DNA from: Planctomycetota bacterium
GTDB taxonomy: Bacteria > Planctomycetota > Phycisphaerae > WQYP01
DNA length: 42,063 nt
Direction of reading: 5' to 3'
Assembly: GCA_048498455.1 (NCBI GenBank)
Contig: JBEHXY010000002.1
Span: forward strand, 1-42,063
Both the position numbers and the translations under genes were made by a program. Position 1 is the stretch's first letter. Each line of letters starts with the position of its first letter. Positions 26,432-34,188 of this stretch are shown here, one piece after another. Below the pieces are notes generated by a model that saw only the letters and a program-made list of their open reading frames with translations, was not told the origin of the DNA and made no database searches.

Positions 26432-26791
26432 ATGGAAGAGAATCGTCCGGCAAAGGGTGTGGTCAAGTTCGATGACTTTGCAAAGCTGGATCTGCGCGTC
26501 GCCAAGGTGCTGGAATGCCGCGAGCATCCCAATGCGGACAAGCTGCTGGTCCTCAAGGTCGAGCTGGCCGCTGGCGAGGTCCGCCAGATTTGCGCCGGGC
26601 TGAAGAGCCACTATCAGCCCGTGGACCTGGTCGGAAGGCTGATCGTCATTGTCGCCAATCTCGAGCCGCGCTCGATGCGCGGCGAGCCCTCGCAGGGCAT
26701 GCTGCTCGCCGCCAGTGAAGGCCCGATGAAACAGCGCGTGATCGTGATCCAGCCCGCCGCGGACATCGCTCCCGGCAGCGCCGTTTCCTGA
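26432..26791 (+). CDS. stand-alone tRNA-binding domain protein (CsaA/YgjH/Trbp111-like OB fold)
   Basis: 119 aa. KLDLRVAKVLECREHPNADKLLVLKVELAAGEVRQICAGLKSHY..IVANLEPRSMRGEPSQGMLLAA matches the MetRS C-terminal/EMAP-type tRNA-binding fold. Confidence 0.85.
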   Translation: MEENRPAKGVVKFDDFAKLDLRVAKVLECREHPNADKLLVLKVELAAGEVRQICAGLKSHYQPVDLVGRLIVIVANLEPRSMRGEPSQGMLLAASEGPMKQRVIVIQPAADIAPGSAVS

Positions 26792-26843
26792 GCCCCGCCC
26801 AAAACTCCCGATCGTATCTTGCGCCCGCCGTCCGTGCCGCGCA

Positions 26844-28163
26844 TCAGCCGCTTTCCAGCGCGCTGCGATCTCCCAGGATGTCCTCCACATACACCATCCG
26901 CAGGATCACCAGCGTCGCCGCCAGCATCGGTGTGGCCAGGATCAGGCCCAGCGGGCCCAGCAGCATCGCGAAGAGCACCTGCGCGATCACGATCAGCGCC
27001 GGCGGCAGCTCCACGGCACGCTGCTGGAAGAACGGTGTGATCACCCACCCCTCCAGCAGCTGGATGATGATGTACATGATGATGGTGTAGAGCGCCAACG
27101 TGGGGCTCAGGTCCATCTGGCCGCCATGGGGCGCAAAGGCCACCAGCACCGCCGGCGCCGCCGCGAGAATCGGGCCGAAGTTCGGAATGAAGTTCAGCAG
27201 CCCCGCGAGAATCGCCAGCGTCGTCGCCATCGGGATGCCCAGGATCGACAGCCCGATGAACGTCAGGATGCCGATCGACACCATCGAACAGATCTGCCCG
27301 ACGAACCACCACTGAAGCTGCGTGCCCACCTCGGAAAGAATCATGTCGACGCGCTTCCGCCGGGCAATCGGAAACAGGTTCGTCAGTCCCGCCGTGTACA
27401 AGCTGGGATTGATTGCGAAAAAGAGCCCCACGCCGAACACCACCGCCAGGTTGCCGATCACGCCCAGCGTCGAGGACACCACGTTCCCCGCCACGCCCCC
27501 GGCGCCTTTGACGAAAGATTCGGACATGAAAAAGTCCGTGGCCGAGCGCCGCAGCTCAATGAGCCGCTCCGCCAGCCACTGCCGCGGGGTCTGTTCCGTC
27601 GCGGGCGCGCTCGCCGGGTTGGCGAAGTCGACCGCCATCGCCGTCGCCGCGCCCGTTGCCGGCGCCGAGGTGGTCGTGGGAAGCGTCGTCGCCTCCTCCA
27701 GCGCCTTGCCCGGCAGAATGTTGCCAAGGTCCCCTTCGAACTGCTGCAGCGCGATCGGCAATGTCCGGGTCAGCTCGCGGGTCTGCTTATAGACCGTGAA
27801 GCCCATGAAATAAGCTCCCCCCGAAACCACCAGCACCAGCGCCACCAGCACAATCAGCAGCGCGTACCCGCGCTTCATGCGCCCATACTTCGCCAGCAGG
27901 TCCGACGGCGCCGACAAAAACACCGCAAACAGCAGCCCCGCAAACAGCAGCACCAGGATTTCTGCCGTCATGTACACAAAGATCGCAAAGAGTATCGCCG
28001 CCACCGAAATCCCCACCGCGATGAACACCTTGCGCGTGTAGGACAGCGGCGCCGTCACCACCGCCGGCATCGCCCCCACGTGCGTGGTGATCACCGGCGG
28101 AAGGACTCGTGCCGCCTCCGCGGCTTTGCCCGCGCTCGTCTCTGCTGGAACCTGATCGGCCAT
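26844..28163 (-). CDS. AI-2E family transporter (PerM/UPF0118)
   Basis: The ORF runs to 28175 (TTG), but ATG 28163 is preferred. It is a multi-TM protein with the characteristic LNFIPNFGPILAAAPAVLVAF and ITPFFQQRAVELPPALIVIAQVLF segments. Confidence 0.85.
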   Translation of the reverse strand: MADQVPAETSAGKAAEAARVLPPVITTHVGAMPAVVTAPLSYTRKVFIAVGISVAAILFAIFVYMTAEILVLLFAGLLFAVFLSAPSDLLAKYGRMKRGYALLIVLVALVLVVSGGAYFMGFTVYKQTRELTRTLPIALQQFEGDLGNILPGKALEEATTLPTTTSAPATGAATAMAVDFANPASAPATEQTPRQWLAERLIELRRSATDFFMSESFVKGAGGVAGNVVSSTLGVIGNLAVVFGVGLFFAINPSLYTAGLTNLFPIARRKRVDMILSEVGTQLQWWFVGQICSMVSIGILTFIGLSILGIPMATTLAILAGLLNFIPNFGPILAAAPAVLVAFAPHGGQMDLSPTLALYTIIMYIIIQLLEGWVITPFFQQRAVELPPALIVIAQVLFAMLLGPLGLILATPMLAATLVILRMVYVEDILGDRSALESG

Positions 28164-28221
28164 GTGTGCTCCCAATGCCCCGCCCGCGCCCCTGCCTGAT
28201 GGTCGGATGGCGAAACATACC

Positions 28222-30024
28222 CTATTTCTTCGCCGCCGCCTTCCCCCGGGGACGCTCGCGGCCCGCTCGCTGCTGCCCCGTCACCAGCAGTTCCCGCGCT
28301 TGCGCCACGGCCGTCGGCGTCAGTGCGGCGCCCGCGGTCATCTCCGCCAGTTCGCGGATCCGCGCCTCTCCGTCCATCACCGCCACCGTGGTGGCCGTGT
28401 CCGCGCCGCCGGTGATGTTCTTGCGGATCGTCAGGTGGCGGTCCGCGAACGCCGCGATCTGCGCCAGGTGCGTGATGCACAAAACCTGGTGAATCGCCGC
28501 AAGATCGCGCAGCTTTTCACCGATGATCGTCCCCATGCGCCCGCCCACGTTGGCGTCGATTTCATCGAACACCAGCACCGACACCCGGTCCGCCTGCGCC
28601 GTGATTGATTTGAGCGCCAGCATCACCCGTGAAAGCTCGCCGCCCGAGGCGATCCGCCGCAGCGGCCGCGCCGGCTGCCCGGGATTCGGCGCGATCATGA
28701 ACTCCACCGTCTCCATTCCCGACGACGTGGAAAAATCCGCAACCATCAGCGGCGCCGGCTCCGCACTCTTCCCGCCCCCTTTCTTCGTCGCTTCCTCCAG
28801 CACCTGCAGCGCCTGGAAATCGATCACGAACTTCGCTTCCTTCATCCCCAGGTCCGCAAGCTGCTCGTGCACCAGCGGCCCCAGCTTGTCCGCCGCCTTC
28901 TTCCGCGCCGCCGTCAGCTTCGCCCCCACCTCCCGCAGCCGCTTCTCCAACCCCGCAATCTGCTCCGCGATCGTCGAGTAATCCTGATCCTGTGCCCGCA
29001 GCTCCTCGATCTGCGCACCGATCTGCGCCCGGTACGCCAACACCTCCTGCAGCCCTCCCTGCGCGCTCCGCCCCACATACTTGTCGATCAGCCGCGTCAC
29101 CAGGTTCAGCCGCTCGTTGTTCTCCGCCAGCTCCTCCGGGTCCAGCTCCAGCCGGTCCACGTACCGGCGCAGAGTAAACGCCGCATCATCCAGCGACAAC
29201 GCCGCATCCTTGATCTGTCCCGCCAGCGGCGAGAGCGCTTCGTCCAGCTCCGCAAGCTCCAGCAGGATCGACACCGTGGTCTTCAAACGCGAGATGATCG
29301 CCGGCTCCTCCTCATACAGTGCCCCGTACGCCGCCCCCGCCGTCCGCTTGATCTTCTCCAGGTTCGCCAGCACCCGGTTGCGCGCCGCCAGCGTGTCATA
29401 CTCCCCCTCCACAAGCTGCGCATCGTCGATTTCCTTCGCCTGAAACTCGTAAAGTTCAAGCTGCTGTTTCCGCAGCGTGCGCGAGGCGGTGAGCTCCTTC
29501 TGCTGCGCCATCAGCATCTGCCGCTGGTTATACAGTTCCGAAAATTCCTGCCGCAGCCCCGAGGACCCGCCGAATTCATCGATCACCGCCAGCTGGTTCG
29601 CCGGCTTCAGCAGGTACTGGGCATCATGCTGCCCATGCACGTCCACCAGAATCTCCCCCACCTGCTTCAGCATCGCCCCGGTGATCGGATTGCCGTTCAA
29701 ACTCGCGCTCGTCCGCCCCGATTCGAACAACCGCCGCGCGATCAGCAGCTCCGTCTCCTCTTCCAGCGGCAGATCCGTCGCATTCGCGATCTCCTGCCGC
29801 AGATTCGCGGAACGGATGTGGAACACCCCCGACACCCGCCCCTCCGCGGCCCCTTTGCGCAGCATGTCCGTCGGCTGACGCAGCCCCAGGAGAATTTCCA
29901 GCGCGCCGATCACCAGCGACTTGCCCGCCCCAGTCTGCCCGGTGAAGCAGTTCAACCCCGGATGCAGCTCGACCGTCAGGTCCTGGATGACCGCCAGATT
30001 CTGAATGTGCAGTTCACGCAGCAA
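28222..30024 (-). CDS. recN: DNA repair protein RecN
   Basis: TTG start at 30024 gives (M)LRELHIQNLAVIQDLTVELHPGLNCFTGQTGAGKSLVIGAL (Walker A). A long coiled-coil middle is followed by the SMC signature ASGGELSRVMLALK and Walker B LVFDEIDANVGG. Confidence 0.95.
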   Translation of the reverse strand: MLRELHIQNLAVIQDLTVELHPGLNCFTGQTGAGKSLVIGALEILLGLRQPTDMLRKGAAEGRVSGVFHIRSANLRQEIANATDLPLEEETELLIARRLFESGRTSASLNGNPITGAMLKQVGEILVDVHGQHDAQYLLKPANQLAVIDEFGGSSGLRQEFSELYNQRQMLMAQQKELTASRTLRKQQLELYEFQAKEIDDAQLVEGEYDTLAARNRVLANLEKIKRTAGAAYGALYEEEPAIISRLKTTVSILLELAELDEALSPLAGQIKDAALSLDDAAFTLRRYVDRLELDPEELAENNERLNLVTRLIDKYVGRSAQGGLQEVLAYRAQIGAQIEELRAQDQDYSTIAEQIAGLEKRLREVGAKLTAARKKAADKLGPLVHEQLADLGMKEAKFVIDFQALQVLEEATKKGGGKSAEPAPLMVADFSTSSGMETVEFMIAPNPGQPARPLRRIASGGELSRVMLALKSITAQADRVSVLVFDEIDANVGGRMGTIIGEKLRDLAAIHQVLCITHLAQIAAFADRHLTIRKNITGGADTATTVAVMDGEARIRELAEMTAGAALTPTAVAQARELLVTGQQRAGRERPRGKAAAKK

Positions 30025-30174
30025 TGTACGACGCCTCCGTGCGATGTGAGCGGCGATATTCTAGCGACCCGCCCGCCGATCATATACCGAACACGCCAAT
30101 TTCCCCGACCCCCGCGCGGCGGCCGCTATGATAACCCCCGAACAGGGTACAGGGGACCTTCACCGGAGAACGTC

Positions 30175-30879
30175 GTGCGGGATGCCGCCCTTACCGAACT
30201 GATGGACGACCCCGCCGTCGATCCCGCGCAGCTCGCCACCTCTTTGCGATTTATCCGCCGCGTCAACCGCTGGCTCGGCGGCGCCTCCGCCGTGCTTGCC
30301 CACCTGCGCCGCTGGTCCCGACGCTGGCCCCCCGGCCAGCCAATCACGCTGCTGGATGTCGCCACTGGCTCCGCCGATATCCCCATCGCCATCCAGCAAT
30401 GGGCGAAGCCCCGCGGCCACCATCTCCGCATCCTCGGACTGGATCTCCACGAAACCACGCTCGCCCTCGCCCGCGCTCACGTCACCACTTCCCACGCCGA
30501 CGGCATCTCCCTCGTGCGCGGGGATGCCCTCGCCCTGCCCCTCGCCGATGCCAGCGTCGATTACGCCCTCTGCTCCATGTTTTTTCACCACCTGCCCGAT
30601 GAACTCGTGCCCCGGGCTCTTGCCGAGATGGTCCGCGTCGCGCGCCGCGGAGTCATCGTCAACGACCTCCTTCGCGGTTCCTTCGCCCGCGTCGGCATTC
30701 ACCTCCTCACCCTGTGCGCCGACCCCGTCGACAAACATGACGCCCGCGTCAGCGTCAAAAAAGCCTGGAGCCGCCCCGAGGTCGAAGCCTGGGCCCGCGC
30801 CCTCCACGCCCCTTGGCTGCGCTATCAAAAACACTGGGCCTCACGCTTTACCCTGGCCGGCGAAAAGAACGGCATATAA
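30175..30879 (+). CDS. class I SAM-dependent methyltransferase
   Basis: Only the 3' third of ORF 28867..30879 is coding, because the 5' part is antisense to recN. GTG 30175 has GGAG at 30165-30168. SAM motif I is LLDVATGSADIP; also GDALALPLADASVDYALCSMFFHHL. Confidence 0.8.
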   Translation: MRDAALTELMDDPAVDPAQLATSLRFIRRVNRWLGGASAVLAHLRRWSRRWPPGQPITLLDVATGSADIPIAIQQWAKPRGHHLRILGLDLHETTLALARAHVTTSHADGISLVRGDALALPLADASVDYALCSMFFHHLPDELVPRALAEMVRVARRGVIVNDLLRGSFARVGIHLLTLCADPVDKHDARVSVKKAWSRPEVEAWARALHAPWLRYQKHWASRFTLAGEKNGI

Positions 30880-30886
30880 TCGCCCT

Positions 30887-32026
30887 GTGAGCGATACGTG
30901 GGACATCGTGATCGTCGGCGGCGGCCCCGCCGGCGCCTCCGCCGCCATCCTGCTGGCCCGGCAAGGCCTGCGCGTCGCCCTCTGCGAAGGCAAACCCTTC
31001 CCCCGCGAAAAAGTCTGCGGCGAGTTTCTCGGCGTCCACGCCCGCCCCCTCTTCGCCCGCCTCGGCATCCTCGACACCTTCGACGCTCACGCCGGCCCTC
31101 CCATCACCCGTGTCGAAGCCCACGCCGGACCCCGCAGCATCGCAAGCCCTCTCCCCGCCGGTGCCAACGGCGCCACGGCCCGCGCCATTTCCCGCGGCAC
31201 CCTCGACGCCCACCTGCTCACCGCCGCCCGCGCCGCCGGCGCCCACATCCTCCAGCCCTGCCATGTGACCTCCGTTTCCGGAGACTTCCAGCAAGGTTTC
31301 CTCTCCGACACCGACCGCGGCCCCCTTCACAGCCGCATCGTCCTCCTCGCCCACGGCCTCGCCCAGCGCGGCGACATGCACCCGATCGCCCCTTCTCCGC
31401 GCACACCCAATCGCACCTCACGCACCGGCCGCTACCTCTGCTTCAAAGCCCACTTCACCCGCACCGCGCTCGACCCCCACACCATCGCCATCGGCGGCGG
31501 CCGCGGCGTCTATGTCGGCCTGGTCGCCTCCTCCGCCGACCGCTGCTCGCTCGCCTTCGTCGTCCATCGCGACCGCCTCGCCCGCTGCGGAAACAGCGCC
31601 GACGATCAACTCTCCGCCCTGCTGCAGGAAAATGCCGGCTTCCGCTCTCTCCTTCAAAGCGCTGCGCGCGTCGGTCCCTGGCTTGCCAGCGGCCCCCTCG
31701 CCCCCGGCATCCGCCAGGTCTACCGCGACGGCCGCTTCTTCCTTGGAAATGCCGCCGGCGAGGTTCACGCCCTCGTCGGCGAAGGCATCACGCTCGCCCT
31801 CCAGGCCGGTGGCCTGCTCGCCGACGCCCTCGCCTCCCATGGCCTCACCCCAGCGGCCGGCCGCGCCTACGAGCAGCGCTGGCGCCGCGCCTTCACCTCC
31901 CGTTACCGCGCGGCACAGCTCTTTGCCAACCTGATCATGCGCCCAGGCCCTGCTGCCTGTGCCGCCACACTGCTCCGCGCCTGCCCCGCCGCCATGTCCG
32001 CCTGTGTCCGCTGGGCCGGAAAATAA
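30887..32026 (+). CDS. FAD-dependent oxidoreductase (geranylgeranyl-reductase/aromatic-hydroxylase-like fold)
   Basis: GTG 30887 lies 7 nt after the methyltransferase stop. Dinucleotide fingerprint WDIVIVGGGPAGASAAILLARQGLRVALCE..KVCGEF. Second motif: GRFFLGNAAGEVHALVGEGITLAL. Confidence 0.8.
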   Translation: MSDTWDIVIVGGGPAGASAAILLARQGLRVALCEGKPFPREKVCGEFLGVHARPLFARLGILDTFDAHAGPPITRVEAHAGPRSIASPLPAGANGATARAISRGTLDAHLLTAARAAGAHILQPCHVTSVSGDFQQGFLSDTDRGPLHSRIVLLAHGLAQRGDMHPIAPSPRTPNRTSRTGRYLCFKAHFTRTALDPHTIAIGGGRGVYVGLVASSADRCSLAFVVHRDRLARCGNSADDQLSALLQENAGFRSLLQSAARVGPWLASGPLAPGIRQVYRDGRFFLGNAAGEVHALVGEGITLALQAGGLLADALASHGLTPAAGRAYEQRWRRAFTSRYRAAQLFANLIMRPGPAACAATLLRACPAAMSACVRWAGK

Positions 32027-32095
32027 CCCCTTTCCCCTCCGTTCCTCCACCGCGTAGGATTCCCACCACTTCCCCACCCGGAGCAACCACCCGCC

Positions 32096-33733
32096 ATGAG
32101 ATTGTTCACCAAAGGCCTCCTGCTCATCTCCGTCCCCACGCTCTTTGAGCTCATGCTCATAGGCTTTCTCTTCAAGGCCGAGCAGGATGCCGCCGGTGCC
32201 GAGTGGTGGGCCGATCACACCAAGCAGGTCATCACCACCTGCGCCGACGTCATCGAGCCCCTGCTCCGCGAAGATTCCGCACTCCGCAATGCCGCCCTTC
32301 TGGATGATCCCGGGTCCGTCGGCGGCGCCGCCTTCTGGGAAAACATGCAGCACCGCGCCGCGCACCTTGAAGAACTCGTCAGCGACACCCCCGCCCAGGC
32401 CGACCGCGCCCGCCGGATCGCCGCAGGTATCAACGCTTTTCGCACCTGGGACCGTCACGTCATGGAGGCCGTCTCCAGCCGCAACCATGACCTCGCCGTC
32501 GAGCAGGTCCGCGACAGCGATTTCCGCACCGCTTTCGGCGCCCTTCAGAAAAACATCGCCGACTTCCTCGCCGCCGAACGCCTCCTCGATCAGAACCGCA
32601 TGGAAACCGCCGCCCAGGCCCGCTTGCAGATGCGCTGGTCGCTCCTCATCGCCAGCGTCGGTTCCCTGCTCGCCGGGGCCATGGCCGCCTACCTCTTCAG
32701 CAAAAGCATCGGGTCCCGCCTCTCCACCCTCGAGGCCAACGCCCGCCGCCTTGCCGACGGTTCCCCCCTCGATGCCCCCGTCCCCGGCACGGATGAAATC
32801 GCCGAACTCGACAACGTGCTGCACCAGACCGCCCGCCGCCTTGCCGCCGCCGACCAGGCCGAAATCGACCTTCAGAAAGCGCTCGAAAACCGCGCCACCG
32901 AACTTGCACTCGCCAACGAACACCTCCGCCAGCAAACCCAGGACAACGAGATGTTCATCTACAGCGTCTCGCACGACCTCCGCTCCCCGCTCGTCAACCT
33001 CCAGGGCTTCGGTAAAGAACTCAAACTCGTCTGCGACGACCTCCGCCGCGATCTGCTCACCGCTGACATGTCCGACGACCGCAAACAGGCGCTCCTCGCC
33101 TTGATCGACCGCGACATGGCCGAAGCACTCCGCTTCCTCCAGACCGCCGTCGGCCGCGCCGCGGGCATCATCGATGCCCTCCTGCGGCTCAGCCGTGCCG
33201 GACGAATCGAATACCGCCACGAGCGGGTGAACACCCACCTCCTCGCCCGCCGCGTCATCGACGCCATGCAAAGCACCATCCGCGAACGTCGCGTCAACGT
33301 CCTCCTCCACGACCTGCCCCCCGCCGCCGGCGACCCCACCGCCATCGAACAGGTCTTCGGAAATCTCATCGGAAACGCCGTCAACTACCTCGACCCCCAA
33401 CGCCCCGGCCACATCGAGGTCGGCGTCCTCCCCGCCGGTGAGCCTGCCCAGGTCCCGACGGTCACCTACTTCGTCAAAGACAACGGCCTCGGCATCCCCG
33501 CCGCTTACATGGACAAAATGTTCCGCGCCTTCCAGCGCCTCCACGGAAATGTCGCCAAAGGCGAAGGCATCGGCCTCGCACTCGTTCGCCGCGTCGTCGA
33601 ACGCCATGGCGGCCACGTCTGGGTCGAGTCGCAAGAGGGAACCGGAACTACCTTTTTTGTATCATTGCCGGCATGGATGGATGAGCCGGTCGCTCCCCTG
33701 TCTGCCGCCGAAGCCCCCAAGGAGTCGTCATGA
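32096..33733 (+). CDS. membrane sensor histidine kinase (CHASE3-like sensor, HAMP, HisKA, HATPase)
   Basis: N-terminal TM LLLISVPTLFELMLIGFLF. The extracytoplasmic four-helix-like region carries WWADHTKQVI. A second TM is followed by a HAMP (GTDEIAELDNVLHQTARRL). H-box is FIYSVSHDLRSPLVNLQGF. ATP-lid is GEGIGLALVRRVVERHGGHVWVESQEGTGTTFFVSLP. Confidence 0.85.
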   Translation: MRLFTKGLLLISVPTLFELMLIGFLFKAEQDAAGAEWWADHTKQVITTCADVIEPLLREDSALRNAALLDDPGSVGGAAFWENMQHRAAHLEELVSDTPAQADRARRIAAGINAFRTWDRHVMEAVSSRNHDLAVEQVRDSDFRTAFGALQKNIADFLAAERLLDQNRMETAAQARLQMRWSLLIASVGSLLAGAMAAYLFSKSIGSRLSTLEANARRLADGSPLDAPVPGTDEIAELDNVLHQTARRLAAADQAEIDLQKALENRATELALANEHLRQQTQDNEMFIYSVSHDLRSPLVNLQGFGKELKLVCDDLRRDLLTADMSDDRKQALLALIDRDMAEALRFLQTAVGRAAGIIDALLRLSRAGRIEYRHERVNTHLLARRVIDAMQSTIRERRVNVLLHDLPPAAGDPTAIEQVFGNLIGNAVNYLDPQRPGHIEVGVLPAGEPAQVPTVTYFVKDNGLGIPAAYMDKMFRAFQRLHGNVAKGEGIGLALVRRVVERHGGHVWVESQEGTGTTFFVSLPAWMDEPVAPLSAAEAPKESS

Positions 33734-34188
33734 TGGCCACCCCCCAATCCGTCAACATCATCCTCATCGAAGACGACGACGGCCACGCCACCCTCGTGGA
33801 GCGAAACCTCCGCCGCGCCGGTCTCGCCAATGGCTTCGTCCGCCTCAAAGATGGCCAGGAAGCCCTCGACCATTTCAATGGCCCCAACGCCTGCCCCATC
33901 GGCCCCGATGCCCACCCCTGCGTCGTCCTCCTCGACATCAAAATGCCCCGCGTCGATGGCATCGAGGTCCTCCGCCAGCTCAAGGCGAACCCCAAAACCT
34001 CCCCGCTCCCCGTCATCATGCTCACCACCACCGACGATCCCCGCGAAATTGAACGCTGCTACCAACTCGGCTGCAACGTCTACATCACCAAGCCCGTCGA
34101 ATACGACGCCTTCATCGAAGCCATCCGCCGCCTCGGATTTTTCCTGCAGGTCGTCAAACTGCCCCCCGCCGGACAAGGGAAAAGCTGA
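33730..34188 (+). CDS. single-domain response regulator (receiver only, Rcp1-like)
   Basis: ATGA overlap with the upstream kinase stop (33730-33733). IILIEDDDGHATLV..VVLLDIKMPRVDGIEVL..PVIMLTTTDD..NVYITKP. No output domain. Confidence 0.9.
   Translation: MMATPQSVNIILIEDDDGHATLVERNLRRAGLANGFVRLKDGQEALDHFNGPNACPIGPDAHPCVVLLDIKMPRVDGIEVLRQLKANPKTSPLPVIMLTTTDDPREIERCYQLGCNVYITKPVEYDAFIEAIRRLGFFLQVVKLPPAGQGKS

Noticed and set aside
30025-30174. Possible LexA/SOS box upstream of recN (GAACAGGGTACAG and CCGAACACGCC).
   Set aside because: Neither fits CTGT-N8-ACAG, GAAC-N4-GTTC or the TGTTC-N4-GAACA palindrome reported for Verrucomicrobia (from memory). Only single half-sites are present.
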